The notes beneath the pieces are model-generated. The model ran no database searches. It saw only the letters and a program-made list of their open reading frames with translations, and was not told the DNA's origin. A DNA stretch of 56,055 bases, counting the filler, from Catajapyx aquilonaris (lineage: Eukaryota): assembly GCA_000934665.2 (NCBI GenBank). It is 4 parts of 4 records of this genome, joined end to end, with 100 filler letters (N's around TTAATTAATTAA, not from the genome) between each part and the next. Parts side by side here need not be neighbours in the genome. Positions count along the whole stretch, not along the records: positions 1 to 13,956 come from JYFJ02007934.1; 3 more parts are not named here. One strand, 5' to 3'. Shown here one piece after another: positions 1 through 10,934 of this stretch (position 1 is its first letter; each line of letters opens with the position of its first letter). The translations under genes were made by a program, and so were the position numbers.

Positions 1-219
1 CATAAGGGAGATTTCTCTTGCAACTAAACAATGATGAACATTGCAAGTGTGAGAGTGACAGTTATTTTTAAGTTTTGAACACCTTTCGTCCCTGGATATG
101 AAGGTAGGCTTCCTTATAGAGTTCTGTGCTTCAAAAAAGCCAAACTTCTCCAACTCGAATCTTCTATAACTCGAAGTTTTTTTCCGGTCCCATGGAGATT
201 CGACTTATAAGTTTTACTG
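1..219. mobile_element. Right part of Tigger/pogo-type non-autonomous DNA transposon
   Basis: Ends GTTTTACTG at 219; aligns with the copy at 18307-19394 (segments ~18685-18833 and 19322-19394). Confidence 0.7.
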
Positions 220-299
220 AATGCCAAACAAAGGTTGTAGAGAAACATGTACTCTCCACGTGGAGTCCTTATTTTCAGAGCTACAGTGACTTGAAGCCA

Positions 300-1060
300 T
301 AGTCATGGAATTAAGGAATGAAAGGGTCAACCGTGCACTTTGGTGATGAAAGCATGAAATTTGGTAGGAATGTCCTAAGGACCATACTCTTCAAAATGAG
401 ATATGGCGCCACACCAGTTTTCGCCCAGGAGGCCCGTAATTGCGGGTTGGCTACCCTTCAGCGAGTGCAAAGTCTTTTTCAGGTCGCTGTAGTTCCGACA
501 ATACGGACCGTGCGTGGAAAAGATACTTTATACTTCTTGTAGAGTATATGTTTCTGTACAACCTTTGTTTGGCACATATCCGCCTGAGGGGCATAGTTCG
601 CTCAGAAAAGAGTTTTAACTCGCTTCAAGGTAGCCAACCCGCAATTACGGGCCTCCAGGTCGAAAACAGCCGTGGTGCCACATCTGGATTGGAAGAGTAT
701 GGTCTCAGGGACATTCTTACCAAATTTCACCAATGCACGGTTGACTTTTTTTTCGTCCCTTAATTTGGTTCAAGTCGCTGTAGCTCCGAAAATACGGTCC
801 GTACGTAGGAAGGTTACTATATACTTTTTGTAGGAAACATGTTTCCCCACAACATTTGTTTGGCACATATCCGCCTAGGAAGCATAGTTCGCTCAGAAAA
901 AGACTTGTCCCTCGCTTCAGTGTAGCCAACCCGCCTCCTGGGCGAAAACGGGCGTGGCTTCATATCTGAATTTGAAGAGTATGCTCTCAGGGACAATTGT
1001 ACCAAATTTCATGCTTTTTTTTCACCAAATGCACGGTTGAATTCCCAAACGTCCGGACTA
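300..1060. mobile_element. Academ-like non-autonomous element with long imperfect inverted repeats
   Basis: TAGTCATGG... start and ...GTCCGGACTA end; arms share TCAACCGTGCA(C)TTTGGTGA...AGCATGAAATTTGGTA; extra internal subunit copy. TSD not matched. Confidence 0.55.
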
Positions 1061-1169
1061 ATAACTGTGTTTCGCTTCTGCCTTAATTACAATTAAACTA
1101 TTGTGATTAATTCGATCGTAAAGTCATATTCCGACGCGAAAGTGTTGGCTCGATTAATGATTTAAAAGG

Positions 1170-1170
1170 G

Positions 1171-1217
<47 letters not shown>
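1170..1217. repeat. (GTT)n microsatellite
   Basis: Pure trinucleotide run. Confidence 0.95.
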
Positions 1218-1218
<1 letters not shown>

Positions 1219-1364
1219 TAAGATTGTGCAGTTACTCTCCCAAAAAATCTCTAATGTACGCTGCGTCATCGCTCACGGGCATCAAAATTTGACGCTTTTC
1301 TCTCTTCCTTCTCCAATAAAAAGTAGGCCTATCGAATTAAAGTCCATGTGGCCTGGCAGTCATA

Positions 1365-1441
1365 ATGTTATGAGAAAGTCTGATTCGTACACCCGATTTA
1401 GGATCTAGATCGAGTTTTCGAATCAGGCTTTCTCATAACAT
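1365..1441. repeat. Short inverted repeat/hairpin, possible tiny MITE
   Basis: ATGTTATGAGAAAGTCTGATTCG pairs with CGAATCAGGCTTTCTCATAACAT. Confidence 0.7.
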
Positions 1442-1642
1442 GTGGTATGAATAATTCAAGCAAAAATATTGGTGAAATTTGGTTGCCAATTGAGGTGACT
1501 ACATTTACGAGATGCATTTGGTTCACAACCAGTCTCCAGTTTTTCATATTTTTTAAATGTATATAATTGGTCATGTATGAGGGTAGCGAGGACCTTGTTA
1601 TCCTCGAGCACCCCATTCTTGGGAAAAGCTGTGAGGAATATG

Positions 1643-1643
<1 letters not shown>

Positions 1644-1694
<51 letters not shown>
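1644..1694. repeat. (GAT)n microsatellite
   Basis: Pure trinucleotide run; explains the poly-His/Ile/Met ORFs. Confidence 0.95.
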
Positions 1695-1696
<2 letters not shown>

Positions 1697-2631
1697 GGCT
1701 CACAGAATGTTTTTATATCTGGCTCATATCGAAAATCGCCACTCTCGAGGTGCAGAAAGTGGTGGACACCCTGAGAGTGCTTGATGTGCGGGCGGTTGTA
1801 GTATATTGTGTGTAAAGTTGGTTGAAGAAGCTGAGGAAGGGAAAAGAACAGGGTAGCAAAGGAGAATGAAGATTGAATCTGTATGTTTGAGTAGTAGTAG
1901 AGGAGAGGAGAGGCCTGGACTACCATTTTGGGAAATCTGTTCGTGTTCATTAGCATGATTTTTTTAAAAGAACCTTGTGCTTGCATTTTTACATTATATA
2001 AAATGCCATAACAGGGCTTTCATGTATAACTTGAGGTTGATGGTTTTTAATTATTTGGGGGTGGGGGGGGGGGGCAAAAGTCACCGAGAGGGGAAGGGGG
2101 ACGCCAAATTATTTTCTCTCATACAGTTTGACCCCCTGTTTTTAAGCAATGGCCGATGTTACCCCTTTATTTTGAAGACCAGCCGACAGTGAGTGCCTTA
2201 CAAACCAGACTGATTTGCAAGAAAAGTGGTTTTTAGAAAAGAAAATGGTTACAAAAAACAAAAATATTCCAAAGACTACAAAGTGAAAATTTTTCTGGGC
2301 CAATGTGACAATGGGTGTGTTTATTTTGTATTTTTTTTTATATGCCTTTTTTTTGTGCAGGGACCTTTTTGGGGGGAGTGCATGATTGCACTGGGAGGGT
2401 TTGGAGAAGGGGAGGGGGGACAGTTGTCAGGGCGGAAAACAAATTATCGTGCACTTGGGGAGGACCTTAAAAAAGAAGAAGAAAAGTACGAAGTAATGGG
2501 TTGGGGACTTTTAATGTAGGAAATTACCAATTTGTGGAGGTGAGGCTGAGGTGAGAAAAATAAATAATACAAAAATTGCATCAAGTGAACTGTCGGCTTA
2601 TGATTTCACGCGTCCCGCTAACCTATTTTAA

Positions 2632-3027
2632 CGAGGGGTTAGTCACTTCATATTGTAGTGTACAACAAACTGCCAGGACTGCAGCTGGGTTTGTCTGGAC
2701 TTAATGAGTTTTGTCCAGACTTACAGGACTTCATGGACTGTGTCTGGACTTACAGGACTTCAGCCGGATTTGTCTGGACTTGTCCGGACAAAGTCCATTA
2801 AGACCTGTAAGTCCAGACAAACCCAGCTGAAGTTATTGTCCAGACAAATCCAGCTGAAGTCTATTGTCCAGACAAATCTGGCTGAAGTCCTGGCAGTCTG
2901 ACTTTGTCCGGACTTACAGGACTTCATGGACTTGGTCTGGACTTTGTTGGGAGGTACAGGACTTCAGTTGGAATTTAACGAGATTTCAGTGTGTGTACGA
3001 AGGACTTCATAAGTGACTAACCCCTCG
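2632..3027. mobile_element. MITE with 17-bp TIR and 8-bp TSD
   Basis: TIR CGAGGGGTTAGTCACTT / AAGTGACTAACCCCTCG; TSD TATTTTAA at 2624-2631 and 3028-3035; internal GGACTTACAGGACTTCA and TTGTCCAGACAAA subrepeats in both orientations. Confidence 0.85.
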
Positions 3028-3174
3028 TATTTTAATGATGGGATTCCAGCCACATTAATTATTGGGACAATACATGAACAAACCAACGTACTGAACATGA
3101 AGGATGTGCAGGTTTTATTGCCATGAGCATTATGATACGCGCATTCATATTGTACTAGTCACGCTTGCACACGC

Positions 3175-3772
3175 TCAGTGTCTGTACTTTGTGGAGTAGT
3201 CCTTTGGGGACACGACCAGACCCCGACCTTTCCTTGCCCCTCGGTAGACAGTCTCGACAATGTCGATCATCTGCTGCTTGTCCTCCAGTGCCCAGTTGAT
3301 CTTATTGTTGTTTCCTGTGCCAAGATCGATCACGATGTGCTTGTTGCGGAAGAAGAGCATGACCGTGCACAAGTCGTACAGCTCGTACCTGCAAACATAT
3401 GTGGGTGTCGGTCTCCTTGAAGCTACCTTTACGTGCCATTAAGAGTGTGGCGTACATTTTGTTGAAGTCCAGCACTTCTGTGATGTGTCCACCTGCACCA
3501 GGAACATGACAGCTGCAAACTCTTTCACCTTCTCCGCCATGGAGTGCCTACAGCACCTCGTCCATCTTCATGCAGGTTGGATCCCAGTCGTGTCCATACC
3601 GCATGACCTGAAGTGTACAGAGCATGAGCAATTTGCACAGTACCAGACTACCAGTCAAGTATTGTTAGTATTCATTACAGCAAAATTCTCACCACAACCC
3701 TGTCCTCCTCAGACAGGATGGCCTGGTCGACCTGCCATCCGTTGTGGAGGTGACGGAGCATGTACACGACAT
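3175..3772 (-). pseudogene. TXNL4A: Dim1/TXNL4A (U5 snRNP thioredoxin-like protein) non-processed pseudogene, exons 3772-3693, 3607-3456, 3388-3175
   Basis: Translates MLRHLHNGWQVDQAILSEEDRVV / VMRYGHDWDPTCMKMDEVL* ... / YELYDLCTVMLFFRNKHIVIDLGTGNNNKINWALEDKQQMIDIVETVYRGARKGRGLVVSPKDYSTKYRH; GT-AG introns 3692-3608 and 3455-3389; in-frame TAG at 3550-3548; +2, +4, +2 frameshifting insertions; AATAAA at 3119-3114. Confidence 0.9.
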
Positions 3773-4104
3773 TTTGACCCGCTTTTTATTTCAAAAACCA
3801 CAGCGGGTGCCCACAGCGGGGGAAAATATTAAAAAATTGCGGAAAAAAAACGAAGCAAAAATCGAACGGAGAAAAATATTATTGCACACACTGGGCTGGA
3901 ACAGAAGTCGTGGCCTACTCCCTGCGCTCCAGGGTTGCCATCCGGCGGCTGGAAAGTGTCGGTAGCGGACTACTGCCTGTGTTCGGCTAGCGGCAGTTGG
4001 ACAGTTGCAGTTTTTGCCCCTCTTTTTCTCCGCTGCTTTGTTCGGAAGATCGGAACGTCAGGTGTACTTGTACTTGGAAGGCACGGTTATTGTTTGGAGG
4101 AGCC
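3773..4104. promoter_or_regulatory. Putative bidirectional promoter between Dim1 pseudogene and ZNF gene
   Basis: 332-bp CpG-rich interval between two divergent ATGs; function inferred. Confidence 0.5.
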
Positions 4105-4326
4105 ATGGAGATGATGAAGTTGGGCAGGTTCCCCTGTCCCCAGTGCCCCAACAACGTCGTCTTCAAGAGGAAGATTGACCTGTTGGCGCACAACACGACC
4201 CATTCGAAGTGGGACAGGGTCATGGTGGAGCCGGAGGAGGAGGAGGAGGTCACAGGAAGGGTCATCCAGGAGGAAGAGGGTGGGAATGGAAATGGTGGTG
4301 GGGGCGGAGGAGGAAGGGAAAACCAG
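4105..4326 (+). CDS. Tandem C2H2 zinc-finger protein, exon 1 (gene join 4105-4326, 8735-8857, 9444-10934; about 611 aa)
   Basis: Kozak GCCATGG; CPQCPNNVVFKRKIDLLAHNTTH finger-like motif, acidic and Gly-rich tracts; phase-0 donor CAG|GTGAGA. Confidence 0.65.
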
Positions 4327-4607
4327 GTGAGAGGGCATGTTCACATGGCCTGACATCCTTTGAGCTGCATTAAAATGTACGATGGAAGTGGTTTGTAATG
4401 CTGGAAGACCCCGAATGGGGGTTACTTTACTGAGAATATCCCAAAGTCATACTTGTCGTCCCTGATGAACGGCACGTAATTATACGGTTGAATCCAGATA
4501 TAACAGCCTAGTCCGGGATCTATGGGCAAAAACATGTCGAACTTTGCGATAAGGGTGCAGTTTAGCGCCGCAAAAGTCTTGCAGGTTTCTATATGTTTTC
4601 TGAGTCT

Positions 4608-5539
4608 ACTCGATGAGCTGAGTCGAATGACATTATTCCTAGTGTCCGGAAATGCTTGGTTCAAGAGTAATTGAATTTTGAAATTGCAAGTTATAACAAT
4701 GAATAAAATGAAAATAAACAAGGGTTCCTTTGTTGAAACTGTTCACTCCCATTGTTGAGTGAATGAATATCTATGGTAATTTTAACCGTGGTTTGGAGGT
4801 TGTGTGTTCGCAGCAATACTGTCTGCCTTGTGGCGGCGTAGATGTGGGTGTGGCAAAGCCACAATAACATTCGTTAGCCTGCGGTGCCACAAGACGGACA
4901 GTAAATGTTGCGGATACAGAAACTCACAATAAGCGCCTAGCTCCGCTAACGTTCCGCATTAACTAACATTATCACGCCCGGGTGACGTACAGTTCCTGGC
5001 AGGGCCACAAGATGGACAGTACTGGTGCAGTCACTCCAACGCCTCACAGATAACACCAACACAATCAGAGTGGGGCATGCCTTGATTAATTACAAATGCT
5101 TGGGATTCATTTTACGGCAACACTTGTTGGCGGGCAAGAGGCCTCGAGCAGTGGCCCAGGAGACACCAACCTCCCTCCTTACTTCCAGGAAGGCTTGCCC
5201 AATTCCAGATAAGCACCGATGCAATGCCTCGGCCATGAATGCTCCTGAATGATGTTGAATTAATTAAACTCCTTCACTCTCGTTCTATGTCCAACGAACC
5301 AAGAACAACCGTTTATTTACATCATTCAGCATCCCTCACAGCACGTTGTCATGGCAGCTGTCACATTTCCACGGAGAATCACCTCCTGTAACAATGGAAG
5401 TGAACAATTTCATCAAAGGAACACTTGTTTACTTTCATTTTATTTCATTGATATAACTTGCAATTTCAAAATTCAATTACTATTGCACCAAGCATTTCCG
5501 CACTCTAGGAATAATGTCATTCGACCCAGCTCATCGGGT
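4608..5539. mobile_element. Non-autonomous DNA transposon/foldback relic in ZNF intron 1
   Basis: About 150-bp inverted arms 4608-4756 and 5390-5539 (CGATGAGCTGAGTCGAATGACATTATTCCTAG...); true termini not resolved. Confidence 0.6.
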
Positions 5540-6487
5540 CGATTGCATTGTATGACCCTCTACGACGCACCGTTTAGGCTGTACCCTGGTCTAAGTAACT
5601 ACACTTTTTTGAACTTTGACCCCGGCTAATGACCCCGGTAATGGCCCTAGTTGTTGTTTATCTATCTGAAGTTTGAAACTGGTGAGCGGAGTGTAAATGT
5701 AGTTTCCGATTTGAAATCGATTAACCCGATCGCGAGTTATGAAGTCGGGAAATTAACATTGGGAGCGTAGCGATTCCACACTATTCCTTTTTCGCGGGGC
5801 AACCGGCAGGGAGGAGAATAGAAAAATCTAGAAACTAATTTGGTAACACGCTGTGCAAGTGGAAACGGGCTATGAACGGTGGAGTCCGGAGCAAGTGATC
5901 CTTTGTTTTGTAATTTCCTGTTAGTTTATCATTGTCATTTGGTTTTTGCTCATATTTGTGACCTTGTATTCATTTGTACATTAGGCCAGTTTCAACCGTT
6001 TATTTTCACTCCTGTTATAACAGTCGCATTTTCACCTCATCTCGACTATTACCATACATTTCTTGGCCCCTCGATGGGAAAATATCATGCTGCTTTTTGA
6101 TTACGCAGCTTCCTTTCTCAATCAAAGAAAGCACTGCATACTTGAGCGGCCCGGGTGATTTTCCCACCTGTCACTGATCTAGCACTTGCCGGAAAGGTCA
6201 AAATCATTATTTTTCCAGGTTATTTGGCAAGAATGAGGCTGCAAAGAAATTGACATTTTTTTTTTGTCCTGCCTAAGTTACGGGAGAGCTAATTTTGCAT
6301 TGTTGTGGGTAGTTTCATTAATCAGCGTGCAGTAGTGTGCATTGTACGTAAGCATGTGGAAAGCAGAAAACTTTGCATATTCGTTGGAAAAGTGGCGATT
6401 TGGCTATAACAGACCTTGGTTATAACATACTTTTTTGCCGTGGTCCATTGACATCTATTATATCTGGAATCAACCTTAATAGCCTCT

Positions 6488-7446
6488 TCGTCCAGGTGCT
6501 AAGGGACAAATTTGGCCCAAACTTGGCATTTTGTGACAAAAGTGTGAAACTCGGTACACTTGTTCTTTGGGCACTTCTGATCATATCTGGACGTGGGACC
6601 ATGGTGGGTGACCCCTGTGGAGGTCACTTTCGAAGGGTTGCCACAACTACCAGGATGCAGCATCCTTTAGGACCTTGTATTCGATGACAAAAACATGAAA
6701 CTCGCCTCAATTGGTCTTTGGACACTTCTGAGCACGTTTGGATGTGGGGCCATGATGACTGACCCCGCTGTGGGTCACTCGCAGGGTTGCCAGATCTAAT
6801 TGACCCAACATACCTCGCTGCGTAGACCATGTGAATAGGGAGCTTGCATTCGGTGATAAAAACGTGAAACTTGGTACAATAGTTCTCGGCACACTTCCCA
6901 ACAAATCTGGGCGTGGGGCCACGGTGGGTGACCCCTGGTGGCCCCGCCAGGGGTCACCATTGCGGAGTTGCCAAATCGAACAGGGGCTACACACCTTTAC
7001 ATGAATATGGGCCGTTTTCTCGAACAGTGGTTCAAATGTAAACCCGGCTCAAAGCCAGTTTAAACCCTTGAATTGTTTGTTGTCCTTGGTTGTCAAGGGT
7101 TTAAACCGGCTTTGAACCGGGTTTACATTTGAACCACTGTTCGAGAAAACGGCCCTAAGGGTATTGCATTTGGTGACAAAAACACTCACCATGGCCAGAC
7201 GTGTTCACAAGTGGCCAAAGACCAGTTATGGCGAGTTTCATGTTTTTGTCACCGAATACAAGGTCCTAAAAGGATGCTGCATCAGGTAGTTATGGCAACC
7301 CCGCAAAAGTCACCTCCACCGGGGTGGGTCATCGTGGCCCCACATCCAGAACTCCAGATATGATCAGAAGTGTCCAAAGAAGAAGTATACCAAGTTTCAT
7401 ACTTGTGTCACAAAATGCAAAGTTCAAATCCTTAGCAACCGGACTA
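6488..7446. mobile_element. Academ-like non-autonomous element with 3-bp TSD
   Basis: TCGTCCAGGTGCTAAGG ... CCTTAGCAACCGGACTA termini, TCT flanking both sides, long imperfect inverted subunits (GCATTTTGTGACA...GAAACTTGGTA). Confidence 0.7.
7009..7155. mobile_element. PIF/Harbinger-type palindromic MITE nested in the Academ-like element
   Basis: GGGCCGTTTTCTCGAACAGTGGTTCAAATGTAAACCCGG arm with near-perfect reverse complement; TAT/TAA flanks. Confidence 0.8.
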
Positions 7447-8519
7447 TCTAGCGTAGAGATGCTGTGCCAACAAACAGCTTACGAGTGTCATGCCGGTTTG
7501 TGTGGAAGAAAGTGCAGGCTGAGAGTCCTTTAAATTATCCGAAATTCCAACATCAGAAAACCTGCAAAATGCAAATGTTTTTTAAAAACTCACATAACTT
7601 ACTTGCTAGTCATAACGTGACTAATAGCATCATTATTATGTGTCTGTATTTACACACAATTATAACAAATTAATAAGAAAGGGCATTTTTGTGATAAACG
7701 GTCACAAAGCGGCGATAATTTTTTTTCGATGAATCCCACATTTCATTACGCCAATCGGATGCTCAACATCTCTACTAAACAATGCCAACTTGCCCAGTGT
7801 TTGCTGTTCCACGGCACCAGCTGCTCACACTTTCAACTGTGCAGCCCGACGGCCTTTGGTATCTGGGGACACGCATGGCTTTTGGTGTGCTCTATGAGCA
7901 TTACCATTTATATAATTCACAGAGTTACGATGCAATGGAACCTATAGTGCAGAAATGCGTGTCCTCAAGACATTGGTTCGTTATCATCTTCGTTTTCGCT
8001 CTTCTGGCGCCATCGAATGATATGTTAGTGTTGGAATTATGGGAAAATGTGGTACTCTCCATGTGGAACTCGGTGGACAAGAAAGAATCCTCAAACGTTT
8101 TCCACAATCATGGCAAATCACAATGAAAGTCAGAAAACGTTACCTGCAAAAATTCCCATAACTGACTCCAGGGTTTGTGTACTATCAAATGGGTTGAAGT
8201 CGGCTGCCCGGGTGAACTAGGCCACAATTCTAAAAATGTCATGAGTGAATATTTAAGCTAGGTAACATTTGTCATGAAAATGTGACTTTCAATCACATCA
8301 TGCCATTGTGGCATCGTTTAGCATGTTGTACACCATTTCTCGGGTTTCAAAGCAGGCAGCCAAGTTCACCTCCGCGTCTCATTCGATTGGCCAAGTTCAT
8401 ATTTCGAAGATTTTATGCTTCTAGTAATGCTTAGTCAGTTTGGTCCCTCTTTTTAAAAAAAAAAAAAAAAAAATGTCATTTCTGACCCTCTTATACCAGT
8501 TCTTTTCTCCTGGCCCTGG

Positions 8520-8667
8520 GCAGAGAAGGGAGTGCGAATCTGCCCGGACATGTCCGGTGAAAGGCAGAAAAAGACATGACCAAGCGAAGGTGACGGGGAC
8601 GGGTTTTGAACCACGGAACTCCCGCTATGCTAGCCAGTAGCACAGCCACTAGACCACCATGCCCCCC
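8520..8667 (-). mobile_element. tRNA-derived SINE head remnant
   Basis: Minus strand GGGGGCATGGTGGTCTAGTGG (A box) ... GGTTCAAAACCC (B-box-like). Confidence 0.5.
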
Positions 8668-8734
8668 TGTCCCTCCCCTATTGGAAGTGCATATGAGAAG
8701 GAGTATTTCTCATGTTCTCAAGTTCTCATTGCAG

Positions 8735-8857
8735 ATATTGGAACCCTTCATCCTGATGTACCAGCTTCTCTACTGCGCCCATTGCGACGGTGCATTTGCC
8801 ACGAAGAGGGACCTGGAGAGGCACATGCTGAAGAAGCACATCAATCCCGAGCTACAG
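8735..8857 (+). CDS. Tandem C2H2 zinc-finger protein, exon 2
   Basis: TTGCAG| acceptor, 123 bp phase 0-0, CAHCDGAFATKRDLERHMLKKH finger, CAG|GTAATG donor. Confidence 0.7.
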
Positions 8858-9443
8858 GTAATGCAATATCCTCCAGAGACTTGAGAAATTTTTTGTATCA
8901 CAATGTCAGTTACTGTTGCACTCTCTGAACATTTTGCCAATAATGAGCAGGGAAAAAGTTATATTTATAGAATATTGACCAAACCAATTGACAATTGATG
9001 ACAATATCCTCATATGTGGACGTTGGGTTTCTAGACCAACCAACAATAGTAATGCCCATTTCGTTTGCATTTTCTGGTCACTTGACCAGTGACAAGCAGG
9101 AATAGTGACCTCAACAATGCTAAAATGGGGATTGGTTTTATTGTCCATCCATACACAGCAAAGAAAATCCTGAAACTTGCTGCTTACTCAGATTTGTCTG
9201 AACATGGGGGCCTTTTTCAACATAATGCACTATATCTTTTTAATTGGTCATTGACAGTGGTTTATTACTACCCAGTTGGTCATGTTGCTTCGGCATATTA
9301 TTATTTTTTACATTAATAAAAATTTGCTTTTGAGTTTTGTAATATACCTTTTGGGCCACCCAGTAATATTGCATGGCAAGCATCCCCAGCCCGATATGAT
9401 CCTTTCAAATACACCTGCATTTATGAGCTGTCATTAATTTCAG

Positions 9444-10934
9444 AAGAAAGGTGCCCAAGAGAAGAAGAGGAATGGGATCCAGCAAGACAAGCAGAGGGGG
9501 AAACACTTGGGGGGTAATGGTTGTCAGATTTACAAGAGGGAGGTTAGTTCCAGGAAGAATTTGAAGAGTCACATGAGAGTCAATTCCCAAGAAAAGCCAT
9601 TCAGCTGCCAGGTTTGCAGGAAAAAGTTTAGGCACTCCCGTAGTGTGACATTCCACATGCGAACTCACACAGGCAGCTGTGTGGTTTGCAAGAAAAAGTT
9701 TCGTTGGTCAGGAGGTTTGAAGAACCACATGAGGGCTCACACAGGGGAGAAGCCATACAGCTGCCCCATTTGCAATAAAAAGTTTACTACTTCCCCTAAC
9801 TTAAATGCACATATGAGGGCTCACACAGGGGAGAAGCCATACAGTTGCAAAGTGTGTGAGAGAAAGTTTAGTCATTCAGGATACTTGAATGACCACATGA
9901 GAACCCATACAGGGGAGAAGCCATTCCGTTGCCAGGTTTGCAAAAAGAGGTTTAATTTCTCCTGTAATTTGACTATGCACATGAGGACCCACACAGGGGA
10001 GAAGCCATTCAGTTGCTCAATTTGCAAGAGCAAGTTTAGTACCTCAGGAGGTTTGAATAACCACATGAGGACCCACACAGGGGAGAAGCCATTCAGTTGC
10101 AAGGTTTGTGAAAGAAAGTTTAGAGTGTCAGGCCATTTGAATAACCACATGAGGACCCACATGGCAGAGACGCAATTCAGTTGTCAAGTTTGCAAAAGAA
10201 AGTTTAGTCAGGCAGGATATTTGAAATACCACATGATGGATCACACAGGGGAGAAGCCATTCAGTTGCCAGGTATGCAAGAAAGAGTTTGGTCGGCCAGG
10301 AAATTTGAATACACACATGAGAACCCACACGGGGGAGAAGCCATACAGTTGCAAGATTTGTGAAAAAAAGTTTAGTCTGTCAGGAAGTTTGAATAAGCAC
10401 ATGCGGGTTCACACAGGGGAGAAGCCATACACTTGCCAAGTTTGTGAGAGAAAGTTTAGTGAGTCAGGAAGTTTGAATGTCCACATGAGGACTCACACAG
10501 GGGAGAAGCCTTTCAGTTGCGAGGTTTGTGAGAGAAAATTTAGACTGTCAGGTCATTTGAATAACCACATGACGACCCACACAGGGGAGAAGCCATTCAG
10601 TTGCTCAATTTGCAAGAGAAAGTTTAGTGCGTCAGGAAATTTGAATACCCACATGAGGACCCACACAGGGGAGAAGCCATTCAGTTGTCAAGTTTGCAAA
10701 AGAAAGTTTAGTCAGGCAGCAAATTTGAATAAGCACATGATGACCCACACAGGGGAGAAGCCATTCAGTTGCCAGGTTTGCAAGAGAAAGTTTAGTGAGT
10801 CAGGTCATTTGAATATACACATGCGGGTTCACACAGGGGAGAAGCCATACAATTGCCAAGTTTGTGAGAGAAAGTTTCGTGAGTCAGGAAGTTTGAATAG
10901 ACATATGAGAACCCACAGGGAAGAGGCCATATAG
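9444..10934 (+). CDS. Tandem C2H2 (Kruppel-type) zinc-finger protein, exon 3: 1 degenerate + 16 canonical fingers
   Basis: TTTCAG| acceptor in frame with the 475-aa ORF; repeated CxxC..F.....L..H...H with TGEKPF/Y linkers at 84-bp period. Confidence 0.93.
   Translation, partial: KKGAQEKKRNGIQQDKQRGKHLGGNGCQIYKREVSSRKNLKSHMRVNSQEKPFSCQVCRKKFRHSRSVTFHMRTHTGSCVVCKKKFRWSGGLKNHMRAHTGEKPYSCPICNKKFTTSPNLNAHMRAHTGEKPYSCKVCERKFSHSGYLNDHMRTHTGEKPFRCQVCKKRFNFSCNLTMHMRTHTGEKPFSCSICKSKFSTSGGLNNHMRTHTGEKPFSCKVCERKFRVSGHLNNHMRTHMAETQFSCQVCKRKFSQAGYLKYHMMDHTGEKPFSCQVCKKEFGRPGNLNTHMRTHTGEKPYSCKICEKKFSLSGSLNKHMRVHTGEKPYTCQVCERKFSESGSLNVHMRTHTGEKPFSCEVCERKFRLSGHLNNHMTTHTGEKPFSCSICKRKFSASGNLNTHMRTHTGEKPFSCQVCKRKFSQAANLNKHMMTHTGEKPFSCQVCKRKFSESGHLNIHMRVHTGEKPYNCQVCERKFRESGSLNRHMRTHREEAI

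Noticed and set aside
1398..1986. ORFs with poly-His, poly-Ile and poly-Met runs
   Set aside because: Products of the (GAT)n microsatellite; no other coding signal.
2670..2965. Short regularly recurring repeats resembling a CRISPR array
   Set aside because: No unique spacers, both orientations, enclosed by MITE TIRs, eukaryotic context.
3493..3556. Cryptic GT..AG intron that would remove the Dim1 stop
   Set aside because: Would delete conserved residues and the downstream +2 insertion still shifts the frame.
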